Assembly: GCA_965248405.1 (NCBI GenBank)
Contig: OZ252104.1
Coordinates: 992,738-1,056,737, forward strand
DNA: 64,000 nucleotides
Source: Parvibaculaceae bacterium
GTDB lineage: Bacteria; Pseudomonadota; Alphaproteobacteria; Parvibaculales; Parvibaculaceae
Reading direction: 5' to 3'
Part shown: piece by piece, positions 57,719-64,000 of the stretch
Position numbering within the stretch: the first letter of the stretch is position 1
Layout: every line of letters starts with the position of its first letter
Notes under the pieces: generated by a model
Databases searched by the model: none
Told to the model about the DNA's origin: nothing
The model's input: only the letters and a program-made list of their open reading frames with translations
Program-made: the position numbers and the translations under genes

Positions 57719-57740
57719 GTCAGGCGATGGTTCAAGCTAC

Positions 57741-59273
57741 TTAGGTAGCCCAACGCATGCCGTCTTCGGAAGGTGCGTCAACAAACCGGCTTCGGGGGAA
57801 TGTCACATAGACATTCGTTCCGAAGCCTTTTCGGCTTTCCAGTTGCACATCGCCGCCGTGGAGCGCCATGATCTTCCGGACCAGCGGGAGCCCGAGGCCT
57901 GTGCCTTGCTGCGTGCGGCTCATCGCATTTTCGACCTGAACGAAAGGTTCGAAGATGCGTTCAATGTCATCTTCATCGACCCCGATGCCCGTATCTTCAA
58001 TTCTAAGCTCAAGCTCACCGGCCTCCGTCAAACCAAGCTCAACACTGACCTGGCCACCTTCCGGGGTAAACTTAAGAGCGTTTGAGGTGAGGTTGATCAC
58101 GACCTGGTTGAACAGCCGTGGGTCCGCCAATAGCCAGGGAATGTCATCTCGCACACGGAATGTCAGTTTGATTTTCAGTTCGCTCGCACGCGGTCGGAAC
58201 ATGCGCATGGTCTGGTTGAGCGCCTCAACCGGGTCAAGCGCGTCCTCGTCAAGCTCCAGCTTACCAGCTTCCGCTTTTGACAGGTCGAGAATATCGTTGA
58301 TGATACTTAGAAGGTGTGAGCCGCTATTGCGAATGTCGCCAGCATAATCCGCATAACGCTCATTATTGATCGGGCCGAACATCTGTGTCGCGATAATCTC
58401 GGAAAAACCGATGATCGCATTCAGCGGTGTGCGCAGCTCATGACTCATGATCGCAAGAAAATCGTTCTTCGCTCTGTTCGCGGTCTCTGACTTCTCGAGA
58501 AGCTCTTCGGAGCGCTCCCTCTCAGACTTTAGCCGCTCGTGGTCTACATAGGCGATACGCATTTGGCGCTCGTGTACGTAGGTCAAGAAGCTACACGTAG
58601 CGATGCCCAAAAGCATAAACGCCGTGTTGTTTATGAGCACATTCTCTGGCTGTGGGTTTATGAACAGCACAACCGCCTCATAGGCCGTGAATGTAGCTAG
58701 GGCCCAGGTGAGCGAATACATGAAATTCAGACGCCACAAACACGCACTGAAACAGATGATCGCGATCAACCCGCCATAATACAGATAGCTCCCAGGAGCA
58801 TCGGCAAGGGCAATCATGGCGACAACACCAAGTCCGGGCGTCGCCATCGAGAAGGATAGCCAGAACTGGTGACGATGATGAAACCAGGGGGCGTAGGATA
58901 GTGCGACGATGCCAAGCAGAAGCGGACAGACAAGACCTAGCCGGATGAACCAGGCTTCATAGAGAATGTCGGGGACAATGAAGTAATCAAGTATGCCAAA
59001 TGCTGCCATAATGACCGCACCGGCGATGATGCAAAATCGGGTGAAGCCGATCTGACGTTCGTAATTGTCCTCTCGATAGGCGTCTTCGACCTTGGGATCA
59101 AGGAAAGTCATCATAACGGGATGCATGTCGTAAGACGTATGCGGGTCGTGTGGCGTCGCCTCTTTGCCGCCGCGAGCGCGAGCGGAGAGTATCGGTGGCG
59201 CGTGTCCCCCTTTACTCGTCTCGGCAAGTCCTTCCTGGCGACTTTGCATGCGTTGAATTGACCCCGGCCTCAA
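57741..59273 (-). CDS. membrane sensor histidine kinase (multi-pass N-terminal domain, HisKA + HATPase_c)
   Basis: H-box FLAIMSHELRTPLNAI, N-box NLTSNALKF, G1 DTGIGV and G2 GTGLGL. About six TM segments sit N-terminal of the coiled coil. The true start may be an internal ATG, for example 59126. Confidence 0.85.
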   Translation of the reverse strand: MRPGSIQRMQSRQEGLAETSKGGHAPPILSARARGGKEATPHDPHTSYDMHPVMMTFLDPKVEDAYREDNYERQIGFTRFCIIAGAVIMAAFGILDYFIVPDILYEAWFIRLGLVCPLLLGIVALSYAPWFHHRHQFWLSFSMATPGLGVVAMIALADAPGSYLYYGGLIAIICFSACLWRLNFMYSLTWALATFTAYEAVVLFINPQPENVLINNTAFMLLGIATCSFLTYVHERQMRIAYVDHERLKSERERSEELLEKSETANRAKNDFLAIMSHELRTPLNAIIGFSEIIATQMFGPINNERYADYAGDIRNSGSHLLSIINDILDLSKAEAGKLELDEDALDPVEALNQTMRMFRPRASELKIKLTFRVRDDIPWLLADPRLFNQVVINLTSNALKFTPEGGQVSVELGLTEAGELELRIEDTGIGVDEDDIERIFEPFVQVENAMSRTQQGTGLGLPLVRKIMALHGGDVQLESRKGFGTNVYVTFPRSRFVDAPSEDGMRWAT

Positions 59274-59575
59274 TCAGAGAATGCAGAATTATTTAACCTT
59301 CTACTGTTGAGAAGATAATTTGGCGTTAATCACACAGCTCACATCGTGTTGCACTAGCGCTTCATTGAGCTTTTGTTAACGCTTCGAGAATGCTGGCTCT
59401 AAAATGCCATCGTGAGATTTAAGGGGTGCTGGGCGCTACGCCGATTGGAGGACTGAAGGGTTAACAGGTGGTGTGTATGAATTCGAACTTCAGTAAAAAA
59501 AATGCGCCGAATTGATTGTGTGTTTGGCGGAGGTCGGCAAAAAAGCTGACGCGTTTTAAAAGAGGAATATCGCGG

Positions 59576-60034
59576 GTGATCCAGATTTACGTTGATGGCG
59601 ATGCATGCCCTGTCAAAAACGAGGTGGAGAAGGTTGCGGAACGGCATGGATTGACAGTCTATATCGTGAGTAATTCCGGAATGCGGCCCAGACGGCACCC
59701 GCTCATTCAGCAGATTGTAGTGCCGGAAGGGCCAGATGTTGCGGACGATTGGATAGCGGAGCGCGCCACATCTAACGACATAGCGATCACCGCTGATATT
59801 CCGCTCGCGTCGCGCTGTCTGGAGAACGGGGCAACAGTTATTGGCCCGACGGGTAAGATTTTCAGCGAAGATAATATCGGCATGGCGCTTGGAATGCGGG
59901 ATTTGAAGCAGCACCTCCGCGAAAGCACCAACACCCAGACCTACAATGCGGGCTTCACGGCGAAAGACAGGTCACAGTTTCTGAATACGTTGGAGAATGA
60001 GATACAGGCACTGAAGAGACGTAAGGGAAGTTGA
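59576..60034 (+). CDS. YaiI/YqxD-family protein (DUF188/UPF0178)
   Basis: (M)IQIYVDGDACPVKNEV is the characteristic N-terminus. GTG at 59576 with AGAGGA 9 nt upstream. Confidence 0.8.
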   Translation: MIQIYVDGDACPVKNEVEKVAERHGLTVYIVSNSGMRPRRHPLIQQIVVPEGPDVADDWIAERATSNDIAITADIPLASRCLENGATVIGPTGKIFSEDNIGMALGMRDLKQHLRESTNTQTYNAGFTAKDRSQFLNTLENEIQALKRRKGS

Positions 60035-60053
60035 GCCCGAGACACTGACAGGC

Positions 60054-60644
60054 TCACTTCAGAACGGTTTTGAGGAGCTCGTCCGGCAGTGAGGCAGGCA
60101 GCTTCCGTAAAATGCCAGGGTCCGGTTCTGCAATGGCGACAGCGATGATGATGAGTGTCCGGGCCGCGGCTTCGTCAGGCGAGAAGTTGAGTTCCAGAAA
60201 AGCATCTTGAATAAAGTCAAACGCCGCGGCATCAAGCTGCGCAACGGCTTTAGCCGCTGTTTTGTCGTGCCGTGCCCAGGCTCGCATGGCGAGCGTAAGC
60301 TCACGGCCTCCGGCTTCGTCTACAATGCGCGTCAGTTCCCGGATGCGAGCAGCGGGGTCGTCGCTTGATCTCTCTTTTGCAAGATTCAGGCGTTCTTCCA
60401 GCTGCTCAACCGCGTAGTAGCTTGCCAGATCCTTCAGGTAAGTCGGAAAGTCAGTGAAGTGGTAGTAGAAGCTGCCCGTGGAGACTTGGAGTGCCTTCGT
60501 GAGAGCACGCAGTTTGACGCCCTCTATCCCTTGCTTGCTTAGAAGGTGCTGACCGGCCTCAAGCCATTGACGTCTCGTGACGCCTGTTCCCAATCGACTC
60601 ATCTCTGTTCCGGTTAACGCCTGCTCATATCGACGGCTGACCAT
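60054..60644 (-). CDS. TetR/AcrR-family transcriptional regulator
   Basis: HTH LRALTKALQVSTGSFYYHF. The alternative start is the ATG at 60602. Confidence 0.85.
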   Translation of the reverse strand: MVSRRYEQALTGTEMSRLGTGVTRRQWLEAGQHLLSKQGIEGVKLRALTKALQVSTGSFYYHFTDFPTYLKDLASYYAVEQLEERLNLAKERSSDDPAARIRELTRIVDEAGGRELTLAMRAWARHDKTAAKAVAQLDAAAFDFIQDAFLELNFSPDEAAARTLIIIAVAIAEPDPGILRKLPASLPDELLKTVLK

Positions 60645-60689
60645 ACAGAATGTTGTGCGCCTCCGTAAGGAAATGCGCTTGTCTCTGAC

Positions 60690-60729
60690 CTTGATTCAAA
60701 ACATAAGTAATGTTATGTTTTGAATCAAG
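60690..60729. promoter_or_regulatory. perfect 16-bp inverted repeat, operator candidate
   Basis: CTTGATTCAAAACATA-agtaatgt-TATGTTTTGAATCAAG. It lies in the divergent intergenic region between the TetR gene and azoR. Confidence 0.65.
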
Positions 60730-60755
60730 GTGCGATGCGAAGGGGAGGACGTCGT

Positions 60756-61379
60756 ATGGGTGTGGTGTTGCATATCGAAGCAAGCCCGAAAGGGGCGTAT
60801 TCAGTATCAGGAGCCATCGCCGAAGGATTTTTGGCGGCGTACCGGGATACAAACCCGCAGGATGAAGTGCGTAAGCTCAACGTGTTCGAGGAAGACCTGC
60901 CAGAATTCTCAGCGGTGCAGGCAGCGGCAAAGTTCGCGCCCATTTATGGCAGAGCGCGAACGGAGGAAGAGACAACGGCATGGGATCGTGTGGTCGGGGA
61001 AATCAGAAAGTTCGATGAGGCGGACAAGATCGTCCTGTCTTGCCCTATGTGGAACTACTCCATTCCCTATCCGCTAAAACAATATATCGACACGCTCATC
61101 CAGCCGCTGGAGACCTTTTCCTATGACTTGGAAAAAATGGCGCATGTCGGTTTGCTCCGGAACCGCCCGCTGCAGCTCATTCTGACAAGATCATCGACAC
61201 CCGCCGGCGCATATAACGATTTTCAGCTGCCTTACCTGCAATACATTTTTTCCAGCATGGGCATCAACGACATGCGGGTGATCACAGCCGGGCAAACCAC
61301 CAAAGCAACAGAAGAAGAGCGCACAGCCTACATCCAGAAATATGTGACTGAGGCGAAGCGGGCAGCGCGCGCTTTCTGA
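60756..61379 (+). CDS. azoR: FMN-dependent NADH-azoreductase
   Basis: 207 aa from the ATG preceded by GGGGAGGA. VVLHIEASPKGAYSVS...CPMWNYSIPYPLKQYID is typical of AzoR/AcpD. Confidence 0.85.
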   Translation: MGVVLHIEASPKGAYSVSGAIAEGFLAAYRDTNPQDEVRKLNVFEEDLPEFSAVQAAAKFAPIYGRARTEEETTAWDRVVGEIRKFDEADKIVLSCPMWNYSIPYPLKQYIDTLIQPLETFSYDLEKMAHVGLLRNRPLQLILTRSSTPAGAYNDFQLPYLQYIFSSMGINDMRVITAGQTTKATEEERTAYIQKYVTEAKRAARAF

Positions 61380-61419
61380 GTTTCATCAAAACCAGATCAT
61401 TGAACAGGGGAGCGAGGAA

Positions 61420-62610
61420 ATGTCACATCATGCCGTGAAAGGCCAGGGGGTCCTGTCAAAGGCGGACCTGATCGAACGAGCAGAGCAGCTTGTACCTCTC
61501 TTGAAGGAGAAGGCGAGGGCATGCGAACTCGCCCGCCAACCTCTAGATGAGGTGATTGACGCGGTCCGCGACAGCGGCCTCTTCTCTATGATGGTCCCGC
61601 AGCGGTTCGGTGGACAGGAAGCGGATATCGACACCTTCTTCGAGGTGAGCTTGGCGCTCAGCACAGCCGATGCGTCCCTCGGGTGGATCATCGGCTTTTA
61701 CATTGAACATAATTGGTGGTTCTGCAATTTCCCTGAAACCTTTCAGGAAGAAGTGTTCGCGGATGCAAACTATGTTCTTGCCCCTGGCGCGCTTTCCATG
61801 GGCGGCGGCAAAGCAACTGTGACCGACGGCGGATATATCCTGAGTGGTCAGTGGCAATGGGGCACCGGGATTGTGCACAGCACCTGGGTCATTGCTGGCG
61901 CGCTGCTGGACAAGGGAGATGGCGTACCGGTGCCCACGTTCTTTGTCTTGCCCCGTTCTGATGTTGAGATGATCGATACATGGCACATGTCGGGCATGTG
62001 CGGGACGGGCAGCAACGATTTTGCCATTCATGAAAAGTTTGTGCCGGAAGAGAGAGCCCTCGGCTTCGTCGACATGGTCTCGCCGGAAGCGCCGGTTGCC
62101 AAGATGTATGACGCACCGATTTACCAGACGCCAATGCTCATCGTGCTGGCGCTGGCGGCAGGGCTGCCGTCTCTGGGCGCCGCCAAGCGGGCGGTTCAGG
62201 AGTTCTGTGAGCAAAGTCAGAAGAAATACAATATGGCGACGCTGCAGCTTCAGTCCGAAAACGGGTCCCGTCAGTCCTTGGCAGCCCAGGCCGCTTTAAC
62301 GGTTGAGTCGGCCGAATTGTTGATGCGCTCAACGCTGGAAGAAGTGATGAGCAAGAGAGGCAGCGCCAGCCGTGAGGAACGCGCCGCTATGCTTGCGCGG
62401 ATATCCCATGCTGTCGCCTTGTCGCGGAGTGCGGTCAATCAGCTCTGCGAAGCGGCGGGTGCTGGGGCGAACAATCTGGACAATCCGCTGCAGCGTCTTT
62501 TGCGGGACGTCAATGTTGCGTCGTGCCATGCGATTTTTGATCGCGATACCCGCTACCGCGATTTTGGACGCACCATGCTGGGGTTGGAGCCGGAGAGTGC
62601 CCTTTTGTAG
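61420..62610 (+). CDS. acyl-CoA dehydrogenase-fold flavoprotein (flavin-dependent monooxygenase-like group)
   Basis: 396 aa. It has the ACAD-type N, middle and C domains but lacks the canonical ACAD C-terminal motif. It resembles group D two-component monooxygenase oxygenase subunits. GAGGAA RBS. Confidence 0.7.
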   Translation: MSHHAVKGQGVLSKADLIERAEQLVPLLKEKARACELARQPLDEVIDAVRDSGLFSMMVPQRFGGQEADIDTFFEVSLALSTADASLGWIIGFYIEHNWWFCNFPETFQEEVFADANYVLAPGALSMGGGKATVTDGGYILSGQWQWGTGIVHSTWVIAGALLDKGDGVPVPTFFVLPRSDVEMIDTWHMSGMCGTGSNDFAIHEKFVPEERALGFVDMVSPEAPVAKMYDAPIYQTPMLIVLALAAGLPSLGAAKRAVQEFCEQSQKKYNMATLQLQSENGSRQSLAAQAALTVESAELLMRSTLEEVMSKRGSASREERAAMLARISHAVALSRSAVNQLCEAAGAGANNLDNPLQRLLRDVNVASCHAIFDRDTRYRDFGRTMLGLEPESALL

Positions 62611-62730
62611 CCCGCGCGCTGCAGTGCCATTGATCCAAGAAGTTCAAGACAACGTATATACCGAAGCTCCAACAATTCATGGTGCCTTGTGGTAGACGCA
62701 AAAGAACTGAGATCCTTTACGCCGGGCGGA

Positions 62731-63411
62731 ATGGCGATCATTATTGGTGCGTCTGGGGGTATTGGAAGTGCTCTCACAAAAATGATCGAGGGTTCTGGTG
62801 CTTTCGAGATCGTGAGAGGTTTGAGTAGAGACAGCTTTCCGCCCATCGATCTTCTCTCCGAAGAGAGCATCGCCGCCGCCGCAAAAGAGGTGTCGGCTGA
62901 AGATACACCCATCCGGCTCATTGTCGATGCGACCGGCATTTTGTCAGATAATGATCTGCAACCGGAAAAGAGTCTCAGAGACCTTGATGGTGCTCAGATG
63001 GCGCGGGTTTTTGCCATCAACAGCATCGGTCCGGCACTTCTGATGAAGCATTTTCTTCCATTGCTGCCCCGTGAGGGAAAGTCAGTGTTTGCGACTCTGT
63101 CCGCCAAAGTTGGAAGCATCGGCGACAATCGTCTGGGTGGATGGCACAGCTATCGTGCCTCCAAGGCGGCGCTCAACCAGTTGGTGCGCACCGCATCGAT
63201 TGAACTCAAGAGACGGAAGCCGTCGGCCCTATGTGTTGCGCTTCATCCTGGCACAGTAGACACCAGGCTGTCCGCACCGTTTTCAAAATCCGGATTGAAT
63301 GTCCAAACGCCAGCCGCAGCCGCGATCAAGCTACTCGCAACCATCGACGGCTTGTTTCCAGAGCAGTCGGGCGGGTTTTATGCCTATGACGGAACAGAAC
63401 TACCTTGGTAG
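62731..63411 (+). CDS. SDR-family oxidoreductase
   Basis: MAIIIGASGGIGSAL (TGxxxGxG-type motif), YRASKAAL (YxxxK) and HPGTVDT. An alternative GTG start lies at 62689. Confidence 0.8.
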   Translation: MAIIIGASGGIGSALTKMIEGSGAFEIVRGLSRDSFPPIDLLSEESIAAAAKEVSAEDTPIRLIVDATGILSDNDLQPEKSLRDLDGAQMARVFAINSIGPALLMKHFLPLLPREGKSVFATLSAKVGSIGDNRLGGWHSYRASKAALNQLVRTASIELKRRKPSALCVALHPGTVDTRLSAPFSKSGLNVQTPAAAAIKLLATIDGLFPEQSGGFYAYDGTELPW

Positions 63412-63422
63412 ATGGGCAGCGC

Positions 63423-64000
63423 CTAGAGCGACCGAGCCGCTGCGGCACCGGATGCCCATGCCCACTGGAAATTATAGCCCCCAAGCCAGCCGGTCACATC
63501 CACCACCTCTCCAATGAAGTAGAGGCCGGGAACGGTACGTGCCTCCAGCGTCTTCGGGTGAAGTGCCTTGGTGGACACGCCGCCTACAGTGACCTCGGCG
63601 GTGCGGTATCCTTCTGTCCCGGCGGGCGTAACCTGCCAGGCCTGAACCTTGTCCACGAGGTCTCGCAGGCGTTTGTTGGACAGGTCGGCCAGGCGACGGT
63701 GTCCGGCAAAGTCTTCGGTCAGATGTTGTGCAAGGCGTTTGGGAAGGAATTCGCTGAGGGCAACGGTGATATCTGTTTTTGGGCGTGTGTCCCTCATGCT
63801 AGTTAGAGTCGCAAACAGGTCCATATCAGGAAGAAGTTTTACCTCAACCTGATGTCCTTCCTCCCAGTAAGACGAGGCCTGCAGAATTGCCGGCCCACTT
63901 AGTCCGCGATGGGTGAAGAGAAGGGCTTCTCTGAAGGCCGTGCCGCCGGTTGTCACCGTCGCATCTGCTGCGACACCCGGAAGATCACTATGGGCCTCTT
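63423..64000 (-). CDS. HI0933/BaiN-like NAD(P)/FAD-dependent oxidoreductase, partial (N-terminus beyond the window end)
   Basis: The frame stays open to position 64000. LFTHRGLSGPAILQASSYW and the C-terminal FIGEVVDVTGWLGGYNFQWAWASG are hallmark motifs of the family. Confidence 0.8.
   Translation of the reverse strand, partial: EAHSDLPGVAADATVTTGGTAFREALLFTHRGLSGPAILQASSYWEEGHQVEVKLLPDMDLFATLTSMRDTRPKTDITVALSEFLPKRLAQHLTEDFAGHRRLADLSNKRLRDLVDKVQAWQVTPAGTEGYRTAEVTVGGVSTKALHPKTLEARTVPGLYFIGEVVDVTGWLGGYNFQWAWASGAAAARSL

Noticed and set aside
1-64000. Search for mobile elements, CRISPR arrays, prophage or defence islands.
   Set aside because: No transposase, integrase, recombinase, phage structural, Cas, restriction-modification, reverse transcriptase or toxin-antitoxin-like ORFs were seen. 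No arrays of regularly spaced direct repeats were seen. This is a visual inspection only. A dedicated repeat finder and HMM scans could still find small elements that I missed.

Overview
This is a moderately GC-rich chromosomal segment. Its gene content looks like the core genome of an alphaproteobacterium; that assignment is inferred from the families present and was not computed. I can support about 55 protein-coding genes. Most are housekeeping or general metabolism:
- Central and biosynthetic enzymes: ggt (partial), gabD, rpiA, gor, class II DAHP synthase, nadE, gltX, citramalate synthase, psd and pssA.
- Transport: an Atm1-type ABC exporter, a PadR-MFP-RND efflux operon, a NupC-type nucleoside transporter and a GPH-type MFS transporter.
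- CoA and thioester enzymes: an acyl-CoA dehydrogenase, two PaaI-type thioesterases, an MFE-2-like SDR and a CoA transferase.
- Five TetR-family regulators. Four face a divergently transcribed small-enzyme gene; the fifth (26495-27097) precedes its VOC-family neighbour.

I found no rRNA or tRNA genes, no CRISPR array, no transposase, integrase or phage genes, and no recognisable defence or toxin-antitoxin operon. Most of the window is ordinary, and I cannot claim a clear undescribed system.

The most interesting candidates are:
1. The 52.3-59.3 kb neighbourhood. It holds a methyltransferase with a Lys/Pro-rich linker, an HAE3/MMPL-like exporter, a methyltransferase with a PilZ-like N-terminus and an orphan multi-pass histidine kinase. 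It could make, export and sense a methylated lipid-type signal. This is a hypothesis only.
2. A 16-codon open reading frame (ORF) with 6 Ile codons, directly upstream of citramalate synthase. It may be an attenuation leader.
3. Two paralogous TetR/NTF2-like modules 24 kb apart that share the operator motif ACCGAC-N5-GTCGGT.
4. A family III CoA-transferase gene interrupted by a 1-nt frameshift in a T run.
5. Three tandem, diverged MDR-type NADP oxidoreductase paralogues followed by an orphan ArsM-like methyltransferase.
6. A stand-alone DnaB-C-terminal-like ATPase.

All functional calls come from reading the translated ORFs for motifs. None has been checked against a database.
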